A stretch of 21,567 bases of DNA, from NCBI RefSeq assembly GCF_006345805.1, contig NW_021823585.1, positions 1-21,567 on the forward strand, written 5' to 3'. Position numbers and translations under genes: made by a program. The notes beneath the pieces were generated by a model. That model did no database searches. It was not told the DNA's origin and saw only the letters and a list, made by a program, of their open reading frames with translations. Source of the stretch: Octopus sinensis (lineage: Eukaryota). Shown here piece after piece: positions 1 to 8,814 of the stretch; position 1 is the stretch's first letter; every line of letters begins with the position of its first letter.

Positions 1-162
1 TCGTGGGTGAGAGATATTTTTCATTTGAAATGAAATTCCATCATGATATCAACCTGTTGTTATAGAAGCTTGGCAAATTTATGCGTTATCTCAATTGCTT
101 ATTTCTTCCCACAGATAGACAGACATACGAGGCAGACAATAAACTTTGTGCACATACAGATG

Positions 163-1140
163 TATTAGGTTGGCAACTAAGTTGCCGCAGTTTTTACAAA
201 TTTGAATTTTTTTTAAAGGTTTAATAAAAAATAACAACTAATTAATCAATAATGTATTCGCCCTTGTTTGTTTGCAACTTCTTCCCAACATTCAATAAGA
301 TTTTCAATACCTCGTTGGTAGAAATCACCCGATTTCGACTCGAAAAAATTGATCCAACCAAGCACTCAATTCTGCATCAGTATTGAACGAAACTCCGCGC
401 ATAGCATTTGAAAGAGATCGGAAAAGGTGAAAATCTGTTGGTGCCAAATCTGGAGAGTACGGCGGGTGAGGCAGCACTTCCCAGCCATGCGTTTGAATGG
501 CTTCCTCGGTCATATTGGCGATAAGAGGGCGGTCGTTGTCGTGCAGCAGAAGAACTCCATGCTACCGATTAGCTCTTTTCTCTTGAATAGCCGTGTTGAG
601 TCGTTCCATCTACTGAACATAGAGTCGACTGTTTGGTTCTGTTCAAGCAATTCGTAATGGATAATCCCTTCCCAGCCCCACCATACGCACAACATCGTTG
701 TACGCGGATGAAGATCTCGTTTCACACGCGGTGTCGCTTGTTTACCGGGGCTAAGCCATTCCTTACGCTGCTTCATATTGATGTACAGGCACCATTTTTC
801 GTCGCCAGTAAAGATTCGGTAAAGAAATCGTTGCTTGTGTCCATGAGTTGAGCGGTGACGAGTAAGCAAATCACCGGAGATTGTGGGTCGTTGATTTTTG
901 CTGTTGTTACTTAAAGCATGCGGAACCCATTCTCCTTACTTCTGAACCTTTCCCATCGAGTGAAGATGCTTCTCTATAGCAGTGTGGAAGCATTCCATTT
1001 TCTCTGCCAGTTCCCTTGTCGTTTAACGAGAATTTCCGTGCAAAAGTTGGTTTAATCGGTCTTCATCGAACTCAATAGGACGGCCAAAACGAGGTGCGTC
1101 TTTGAGGTCAAAATTTCCATTTTCGAACTTGGCATACCAA
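163..1140 (-). mobile_element. Tc1/mariner (DD34D mariner) DNA transposon, 5'-truncated, only one terminal inverted repeat in the window
   Basis: TA (163-164) followed by TTAGGTTGGCAACTAAGTTGCCGCAGTTTTT, a mariner-type end; transposase relic reads towards this end on the minus strand; similarity stops at about 1139 where the PLE-like repeat begins; no second TIR seen. Confidence 0.93.
242..1139 (-). pseudogene. mariner transposase pseudogene lacking its N-terminus
   Basis: Manual translation: WYAKFENGNFDLKDAPRFGRP, WVPHAL, TGDEKW, HDNDRP, YSPDLAPTDFHLF, with 34 residues between the D of HDN and the final D. Two in-frame stops in 870-1139 and frameshifts near 510-620, 330 and 260. Track ORFs 510..869 and 325..513 are pieces of it. 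Confidence 0.95.
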
Positions 1141-1144
1141 TCAC

Positions 1145-1868
1145 AGCATAAGAATTAGATAATTATGACTTACCCAACTTCTTTTCTCATCAGCGTAGGA
1201 CACTACAATTATGAATAATTGTATATTAAATTTCGAGATACTAGAAGGCATCATCTCAACTCAGTATCAGAGCGAGCTAAAACCGTTACCAGTATCACCA
1301 AATTCAAAATGTGAATGAAAGTTTGTGTCACCAACCCCTTCCCACCAGCGTGTAGCCAAGACAAGATGTTGCGGTCATTTACTGGGATGAATATGGTTAT
1401 CAGTAATAATATAGGGTGAAATTAATTAATTTGGAATAATCATTAATTTCACCAAGTAGATTTCGGCATGTAAAAGCCTCATTCGAGAAAGTTAAGTAAT
1501 ACTAAGTAATTAAGGGTTTAGCAACGATTTGCCTCACCACACACCGAATTTAGAATAGCAGTCAAAGAGTTATAGCTATTCTTTCTACTAAAAGGGAGAT
1601 CTCAGTAAAACCGCAGCACTTGAAAGGCAAACACAGACAGGCAAGAGAGAAGGAAATGACGGCTATCTATCATACAATTTTAAGTCACCTACGGACGTAC
1701 GTTTCGAAATTAAGTTTTAGGAAAGCATAAGAATTAGATAATTATGACTTACCCAACTTCTTTTGTCATCAGCGTAGGACACTACAATTATGAATAATTG
1801 TATATTAAATTTCGAGATACTAGAAGGCACCATCTCAACTCAGTATTAGAGCGAGCTAAAACCGTTAC
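1145..1868. repeat. 145-bp direct repeat pair (1145-1289 / 1724-1868)
   Basis: AGCATAAGAATTAG...GCTAAAACCGTTAC twice, with three substitutions seen by eye. Confidence 0.97.
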
Positions 1869-2073
1869 TTTCCTAAAACTTAATTTCGAAACGTACGTCC
1901 GTAGGTGACTTAAAATTGTATGATAGATTGCCGTCATTTCCTTCTCTCTTGCCTGTCTGTGTTTGCCTTTCAAGTGCTGCGGTTTTACTGAGATCTCCCT
2001 TTTAGTAGAAAGAATAGCTATAACTCTTTGACTGCTATTTCTAAATTCGGTGTGTGGTGAGGCAAATCGTTGC

Positions 2074-2075
<2 letters not shown>
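1519..2075. repeat. ~207-bp near-perfect inverted repeat (1519-1725 / 1868-2075) with 142-bp spacer
   Basis: TAGCAACGATTTGCC...TTTTAGGAAAG versus CTTTCCTAAAA...GGCAAATCGTTGCTA; one substitution and one 1-nt indel seen. Confidence 0.97.
1683..1783 (-). ncRNA. type I hammerhead ribozyme motif with minimal palindromic stem III (dimer type)
   Basis: Minus strand reads CCUACG-CUGAUGA-[long interrupted stem II]-GAAA-C-GUAC-G-UC-CGUAGG. Stem I CCUACG/CGUAGG is perfect and all core nucleotides are present. Position 10.1 is C rather than G. Confidence 0.88.
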
Positions 2076-2151
<76 letters not shown>

Positions 2152-2236
2152 ATATATCTATATATATATATATATATATATGTTTGTTTGTACTCCACCT
2201 GCCTTCGTCTTTTGTTTATTTTCGTAAACCTTCCCG

Positions 2237-2281
<45 letters not shown>

Positions 2282-2290
2282 ATATATGAT
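2076..2290. repeat. degenerate (TA)n microsatellite with a ~57-bp non-repetitive island (2181-2237)
   Basis: Direct reading. Confidence 0.95.
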
Positions 2291-2292
2291 AT

Positions 2293-2446
2293 AAGCGCAG
2301 GCGTGGCTATGCGGTTAGAAGCTTGTGTCCTAAACACGTGGTTCCGGATTCAATCCCACTGCGTTGCACCTTGGGCAAGTGTCTTTTATTATAGTCTCAG
2401 GCAGACCAAAGCCTTGTACTCGACAGAAACTGAAAGAAGCCTGTCT

Positions 2447-2499
<53 letters not shown>

Positions 2500-2712
2500 C
2501 TTCGTGTCTGTGTCACTCCCCTCACCGTTTGACGACCGGTGTTGGTATGTTTACGTTCCCGTGACTTAGCTGTTAAGTAGGAAAGATCGATAGAATAAGT
2601 ACCAGGCTTAAGAAATAAGTCGTGGGATCAACTTGTTAGACTAAAACTCTTCAAGGCAATGCTCTATCATGGCCGCAGTCAGTTGACTGAAACAAGGAAA
2701 AGAATAAAATAA
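2293..2712 (+). mobile_element. SINE family A (tRNA-derived head, CORE-like segment, internal microsatellite; octopus OR-like)
   Basis: A box-like TGGCTATGCGG, B box-like GATTCAATCCC, ACCTTGGGCAAGTGTCTT (CORE-like), internal (TG)n, tail GGCCGCAGTCA..TGACTGAAAC; homologous to eight or more other copies in this window. Confidence 0.9.
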
Positions 2713-2949
2713 TAGAATATATATATATATGGTGGAATTTCTATGTATTCGTTTCGAAGATGGAGACGAGTATCAACGTTCTCATTTGATAGGCTTGATA
2801 ATTGCTGAGAATATATAAAGAATATTTGTCCACCAATGCGGTGCTGAGCAGCACTCATTCTCACTGCTCACTATTAGAACACACGCACGCACACACTCTT
2901 CTCAATATGTATACGCGCGCGCGCGTGTGTGTGTGTGTTTGTAAAGCAA

Positions 2950-3900
2950 AAACATGAAATAAAAGGAGGCAAATGCACACACTTTACCTAGTTTTAATAT
3001 TCTCTTAATATATTTTATATTGTTTTTCGACCGGTTTTGCTTTCGCTAATCATGATATTGAAATGATTGTAATTTCGTATTATCTTGAGATTTTAGTACT
3101 TGTTGTGTGTCGGGAAATTTATTAATGAATGGTTCAAAAAGTAAAAAAATTTACATGGTAAAAGGGATGGTAAGTGTTGATCTTTATTATTGGGGATAGG
3201 GGAGGTAATTATTTATCTTTTGGGGAGGAGATAAATATACACAAAAGCTTAAAAGCTAAAGTAGTGAGAAGAAATATGTACAGTGATGGGTATGTAACCA
3301 TGAATTAAAATCTATCCTGAGACCAAAGTTGGTAATGCATTCATACTGAGACGTGCTCTGTATTTTTCAATGAACAAATTTTCTTTATTTAAACGTTCTT
3401 GCAAAGAAATTGTTTCTTTGCACTGGTAGATGGAGAAAACTGTGAAGTTTGGTTGGATATTACCTGCGCATCTCTTTATGTGTTCACTCAAAGGAATCTG
3501 TCTGAATTACGGGAACCGGATCTATTCCTTATGTAGTTTGGTTCTCCGTCTCAGTGTCATACTTGTCTGTCCTATATAGTTATGTCCACAACCGGAGCAA
3601 TTAGATTCTCGGAAGCACAAATGAAGTTGGTTTTAATTGTACACATCTCTCATTGTTTGAATAGGAATTCCGAGCCTACCAGTAGGTTGGGGCATGTTCC
3701 ACAGTTTGGGTGTCCACATTTCTTAACTGTTGGTGTAGTAGCTGTTGTGTAAATCTTCACATTAATTAGAAGTCTTTTTAGCAATTTGATGAATTTATGT
3801 TTTCAGAATGTTATTCATTTTTGGATCTCTAGTGAGCATAGGTAGATTTTGTACAACAGTGTTCTATGCTTCGTTGTTTCTAGGGTTATGAATTGATAAC
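2950..3900 (-). mobile_element. Penelope-like retroelement (Neptune-type), 3' part with 3' UTR, bounded by microsatellites
   Basis: Contains the GIY-YIG relic below and a decayed HHR motif at 3025-3056. Outer boundaries are approximate. Confidence 0.85.
3312..3898 (-). pseudogene. PLE ORF remnant: post-RT linker, Cys motif and GIY-YIG endonuclease
   Basis: Manual translation: SIHNPRNNEA*NTVVQNLPMLTRDP...LKRLL...KCGHPNCGTCPNL...FICASENLI/CSGCGHNYIGQTSMTLRRRTKLHKE*I...LSEHI...ERLNKENLFIEKY. YIG at 3570-3578; C-x4-C-x2-C at 3692-3718. Five in-frame stops and at least two frameshifts, so it is absent from the ORF track. Confidence 0.92.
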
Positions 3901-4055
3901 ATTACTGTATATAATCAACTTACAGAACACGTCTAAATATCAATGCATAACCAACTTCGGTCTCAGTATATATTTTAATTCATGATCACACACGCACACA
4001 CAGACAGACAGATAGACACACACACACACACACATATATATATATGTATATATAT

Positions 4056-4215
4056 AAGCGCAGCTGGGGCTTTCTGATTAAAAGTTCGTGCTTCGTAACC
4101 ACGTAATTTTAGTTCAATTGCAGTGCAGCACGTTGGGCAAGTGTCTTAACTACAGCGCCGAGGTGACCAATGCTATTTGAGTGAATTAAGTGGAAGGCAG
4201 CTCTGTGGAAGCTTA
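4056..4215 (+). mobile_element. diverged SINE family A-like 5' half
   Basis: AAGCGCAG head, GTTCAATTGC B box-like, TTGGGCAAGTGTCTT. Confidence 0.7.
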
Positions 4216-4304
4216 TAATATACGTGCGCGCATGTATGATTGCCTGTAAGTACGCGTGTGCATGAGTGTATGCGTGTGTAATTGTATGTATACGTGTACA
4301 CATA

Positions 4305-4412
4305 AGTGGGGGTCGACCCCGATATTTCAGGATCGATAGAGTAAGTACCAGTCAAGATTTAGGATCGATGCCGCTAAGCATTTTGTTGGACATGCTAACG
4401 ATTCTGCCAATT
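4305..4412. mobile_element. SINE family B fragments: central module on + (4305-4360) abutting a head on - (4362-4412)
   Basis: GGTCGAC..TTTCAGGATCGATAGAGTAAGTACCAGT on plus; the reverse complement of 4362-4412 is GGAAAGCAGCGAATTGGCAGAATCGTTAGCATG...ATGCTTAGCGGCAT, matching the head at 18111. Confidence 0.65.
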
Positions 4413-4453
4413 CGCTGCTTTCCTAGAAACAAGGATTTAAAACAAAAAGAAAT

Positions 4454-4804
4454 AGGCACAGGCATAGCTGTGTGATAAGACGCCTGCTTCCCAATCACAT
4501 GGTTCCAGGCTCAGTCCCACTTTGAAAAAGTGTCTTCTACTATAGACTCTGGCTTACCAAAGCCTTGTAGGTAGATTTGGTAGACGGAAACTAAAAGAGG
4601 CCTCTCATATATGTGTGTGTGTCTTTGTGTCTGTGTTTGTCCTGCCATCATCGCTTGACAACCGTTGTTGGCGTGTTTACGTCCTCGTAATATAGCTGTT
4701 CAGCAAAAGAGTCCTACGTTTAAAATCCTTTCAAGCGGGTGCTCCAGAATAGCCGCAGTCAAGTGACAGATACGAATAAAAGAATAAAAGAACAAAAGAA
4801 TAAA
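4454..4804 (+). mobile_element. SINE family A
   Basis: Head AGGCACAGGCATAGCTGTGTG, GATTTGGTAGACGGAAACT, CGCTTGACAACCG, tail with (AAAAGAAT) repeats. Confidence 0.9.
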
Positions 4805-4915
4805 CATAGATACTTCACGTGACATAGCATTCCAAATCGCTCTGAATCCCTTTCTCTCTCCTCCCCCCTTACTCCATATATCTGTATACAATATGCCTGT
4901 GTGAGTGCGTATTTT

Positions 4916-4959
<44 letters not shown>

Positions 4960-5404
4960 CTTCGCGCATTTTTCGCTCGGGGATTTTTTTTTCTTAAATA
5001 TTTCGTTTGATTTTCGTAATGTTGGTGGTGTTGTCAAACTTTTAAGGCTTTTATCAAATAAGCTCAACTTAAAACATGTTTTCAGGTTTGGCTTGATCTG
5101 ATGAAATAAATTCAAAAACAAAGAGAAGAATACATACTTATAGATATATATTTTGTATTTATTTATTTTTTCCTATCCCTTTCTAAATTTGCATGAACGT
5201 GAAAAACCTTTCCCGATTCTGATGTTATACGATCTATCATTCTGTGAGCGTTTTCTTTTCTTACCTGTTTTTTTTTTTTTTTGATTCCACGTGAGAAATA
5301 TACCAATATACCCGAAGAAAATCAACTCGACAGGTGTGCCTTTCCTCTTAGATTCTTGGAATGGTAAAAAATATTTTATACTTTGACTAAATCACGTAGT
5401 CAAA

Positions 5405-5723
5405 TTCACATGTGTGTGTGTATGCGTATGTGTATGTAAACACACTTACATACACACACGCATATGTATGTGTGTGTGTGTGTGTTCATACGCATGGTAT
5501 GTGTGTATAATAATTACATACATATAATTACGTTTGCATGCATATATGTGTGTATGCGTGTGTGTGGAAGAGAGAGAGAGAGAAAGAGAGAGATGCTTGA
5601 AATCTAAACTTACATATATAGCACATATCTCTCTCTCTCTCTCTGTCGCCCTTTCTTTCTTTTTCCTGCCCCCCCCCCCTCATCTCCCTCTTTCCTTCTC
5701 TCTCTCAAACACAATATTACACA

Positions 5724-5771
<48 letters not shown>

Positions 5772-5812
5772 CTCTCTCTCTCTCTCTGTCTTCGTCTAAT
5801 TTTCTATCTCTC
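5405..5812. repeat. compound microsatellite cluster (TG/TATG, GA, CT, CA)
   Basis: Direct reading; explains ORF 5534..5815. Confidence 0.9.
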
Positions 5813-6499
5813 TGAATGTAATTAAATAGAATATGTTATTGGTTTCAACTAGGAGTAGCGCTACTCCCATATGCTGTTGCAGTCAGATTTGACTTTAAAG
5901 CAACAAGACAAAACAAAGAGAGTAACTAGAAAACATATAATTTTATTTCGTTTTTCCATTTGTTTTCTTTTTTTTTTCTTTTTTTTTTTTCTCTGCTTAT
6001 TCATTTTATGTTCCTATTTTCAGTGATTTTTGTTTTGTTTTTCTTTAATATGTGTCTGCAACAGTGTGTACCTGCGTTTTATCTGTGTTTATTTCTTGTT
6101 CAAATGTTTTAGTTCATAAACATACGGACGTGTAAAAAGTTCTACGAACATATACATGCACACCTATATGTGCATGTTTATGTATGCATATGTATGCGTA
6201 TATATATATAATGTGTATATATACCTATATGTATGTATATCTATCTTTGTCTTCTGTCATTTAGCCACACCTGAGATACGTTCGTGTTTTCAATACAAAA
6301 TGAAGATTTCAAGTGTTTAGTTTTCAACATCAAGCATATATCGGATGTGATAGCGTACCGGTTGATGATAGTTCATGATAACATTAAAAAATCGATATGG
6401 TTTCTATGAATAATTCACTAGGGTTAATACGATTATATCGAAATATTTATTCGTTATTTTAATGTTTTATATATCACAACGATAACCGGGTTTTGTGAG

Positions 6500-6660
6500 A
6501 GGATGGTAAAAATGGCGGTGAGCTTCGCGATGCTTGCTTACCTTCGTAGCATTCCGTTTTCAAATAGTATCCAGCTTTTGCCTTACGTTCCTCTGGAGTC
6601 GCTAAACAGATACCAGTTATGTATTGAGGCCCATGTAATCGACTTTAACTCACTACTACT
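6500..6660 (+). mobile_element. highly diverged SINE family B
   Basis: GGCGGTGAGCT head; TTTTGCCTT..GAGTCGCTAAACAGATACCAGTTA..ATGTAATCGACTT matches the family B body. Confidence 0.6.
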
Positions 6661-6680
6661 TACAAAGCAGGGATCTGCCC

Positions 6681-6952
6681 GTATCATGAAAATTGTTCGA
6701 AAACAATTGTTCGGAAACAATTATTCGAAAAATAGTTATTCGGAATAAATGTCATTTGTGTACTTGATTTTTAATTTTATCATTTTTGTTTGAATAAAAT
6801 TTTTAAAAATTAGAATAATTAACATTTCGTATAATAGTTCTTTAGAATAATTTTCATTCACACAATTTTCCATTCAAATAAATGTTTTTCGAATAAATGT
6901 TTTCGAATAATTGTTTTCGAGCAATTATTTTCGAACAATGTTCACATACACC
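6681..6952. mobile_element. foldback/MITE-like element with terminal inverted arrays of 13-15 bp subrepeats
   Basis: Left TGAAAATTGTTCGAAAACAATTGTTCGGAAACAATTATTCGAAAA; reverse complement of right end TGAACATTGTTCGAAAATAATTGCTCGAAAACAATTATTCGAAAA; flanked by ATCTGCC at 6673-6679 and 6953-6959. Confidence 0.75.
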
Positions 6953-6994
6953 ATCTGCCAATGCTAGAAATTACTATTGTTTGTAAGTTAGTGA

Positions 6995-7915
6995 GAGGTG
7001 GCAACCTGGAAAAATCGTTACATCGCCGGATAAATTGGTTAGTTTCGTCCGTCTTAAGGTTTTGAGTTCAAATTCTGCCGAGGTCGACTTTGTCCTTCAA
7101 TTTTTCAGGGTTGATAAAATAAGTACCAGTTGAGCGCTGGGGTCGATGTGATCGACTTACCCCCTCCTTCGAAATTGATAGCCTTGTGCCTATAGTAGAA
7201 AGGATTATTATTTTTAGGGTAGTGAAAGGCGACGAGCTGGCAAAATCGTTACATCGCCGGACAAAACACTTAGATTCATGTCTTCTAGTTCATAATTTCT
7301 AGGCTTAAATCATGCCGAGGTTGATTTTCATTTTTTCGCGGTCAATAAAATAGGTACCAGTTGAACACAAGGGTATATATAATCGCCCGTCGCTAATGTT
7401 CTGAGTTCAAATTCCGCCGAGGTCGACTTTGCCTTTCAATCTTTCGGGGTCATAAATTAAGTACCAGTTGAGTACTGGGGTCAATGTTATCGACTGAGCG
7501 AGTCACCTACCCCAAAATGTCAGGCCTTGTGCCTATAATAGAAAGGGTATATATAATCAACTCGCTCCCACCACCAACCCACCATTCACTTCACCCCCAA
7601 AATATTCAGGCCTTCTGCCTATATTAGAATTTTTGGGTGGCGATCTGGTAAACTCGTTACATCGCCGGACATATTGCTTAGTCTCGTTTCGTCAGTCTTC
7701 GTGTTTTCAGCTCAAACTCTGCCGAGGTCGACTTTGCCCTTCAATTTTTCAGAAGTGATAAAATAGATACCAGTTGAGCGCTGGGGCCGATGTGATTGAC
7801 TTACTTCATCCTCAAAAGGGACGAGTTTGCAGAATCGCTAGAACTTTGTTTCATTCCTCCTTGCCCTTTAAATCTGAGTCCAAACCTTGCCCAGGTCAGC
7901 TTTGCCTTTCGTCTC
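6995..7915 (+). mobile_element. head-to-tail cluster of about five SINE family B copies (starts near 6995, 7226, 7390, 7636, 7815)
   Basis: Each has GCCGAGGTCGACTTTGCC..TTCA..TTTC.GGG..GATAAA..AAGTACCAGTT or a decayed version; Pol III B box-like GAGTTCAAATTC. From memory the central module resembles the Meta-SINE domain (unverified). Confidence 0.9.
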
Positions 7916-7978
7916 TTTTTTTAACTCTTTTACTCGTTTCAGCCACGGGCTGCGGTCATGCTGGTGCACTACCGAACA
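7915..7978 (-). mobile_element. SINE family A 3' tail fragment
   Basis: CTCTTTTACTCGTTTCAGCC..GGCTGCGGTCATGCTGGTGCAC is the reverse complement of the family A tail. Confidence 0.7.
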
Positions 7979-8134
7979 CTAAAATATTGGAATAGAGAGC
8001 GGAGACTAACCACTGTCTCTGAAAATTGTTTCCCTTACGCCTAAATTTAAAAGTCAATTACAAGCCATTATTAGGGCGAAGATTTGATAGTCGTAGGAGT
8101 GTTTGAGAAATGACCTGTGGTATCTCTACTCACT

Positions 8135-8450
8135 CTAACTCCTGGGTTCAAAACCCGCAGTTTTGAACTTTACTTTTTATACCACGTACTTGAATAATAA
8201 TGTACCAGTCAAATACTGGAATCGGTTCAATTGAACAACCCTTCCACAAAACCACCGACTTTGTATATAAATTAGAAACAATTATTAACAGCACTGAATA
8301 GGTGGGATTGTTAAAGACCCAGAAGTGTGTTTTGCAGCATTTTTTCCTGCTTTTTAGATAGTGAATCCAATTCATCCGTGATAAACTTATCCCTTCATCC
8401 ATTCAGGGACTATAAAATAGAATACCGATCAAGTACGGACGTCGATTTAA
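8135..8450 (+). mobile_element. two further very diverged SINE family B relics
   Basis: CCTGGGTTCAAAACCCGC..ATAATGTACCAGTCAAATACTGG and CCCTTCATCCATTCAGGGACTATAAAATAGAATACCG. Confidence 0.5.
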
Positions 8451-8814
8451 AAAAAGAAAACGATCAATTTTTCAGATTGGAGATTTTGGGCCAGAGTTAA
8501 ACACGATTATTATTTTAGTTAGGATACTTGAATAGCAGAACCGTTAGAGCTGCAAACGCAAGGGTCATATTTTTCTTTACTCTCTCCGAAGAGGGCCGAT
8601 AGAACTGTAACGGTTATGTTCTGGAACAGGATTGTACTTTGTACTTTCCCTTAAAAGATGCGGTCCTCTGCCTGAGTAGGAAATTTTTATAATAGTACCA
8701 CGGATAATTGATGGTCACAGACTGCAGAAAGAATGCATCCATACATGATGATAGTCTCACTTAGTACGAGAAAAACGATTCTGCAATTTCTTGTGCACGA
8801 ATGATTTGTTTATT

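Larger units (their letters stand above)
1145..2075 (-). mobile_element. Penelope-like pseudo-LTR array: inverted terminal arm plus tandem direct units (B-A-C-B, period 579 bp)
   Basis: 145-bp direct repeat at 1145-1289 and 1724-1868; 207/208-bp inverted repeat at 1519-1725 and 1868-2075; embedded hammerhead motif; ends in a (TA)n tract. Partial tandem plus inverted terminal repeats with HHRs are established PLE features. Confidence 0.75.

Noticed and set aside
427-851. Plus-strand ORFs 427..657 and 633..851
   Set aside because: Antisense shadows of the mariner transposase.
1868-1905. Plus-strand GAAAC-GTAC-GTC-CGTAGG as an independent ribozyme
   Set aside because: It is only the inverted copy of the 3' half; no CTGANGA or stem I 5' strand lies upstream on that strand.
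5260-5267. Strong minus-strand donor CAG/GTAAGA, and acceptor-like tracts at 90-114 and 5960-6024
   Set aside because: Isolated splice-like motifs are common in AT-rich DNA and no coherent exon is attached.
6690-6940. Short regularly spaced repeats suggesting a CRISPR array
   Set aside because: Units are 13-15 bp, have no spacers and are arranged as inverted arms in eukaryotic DNA.
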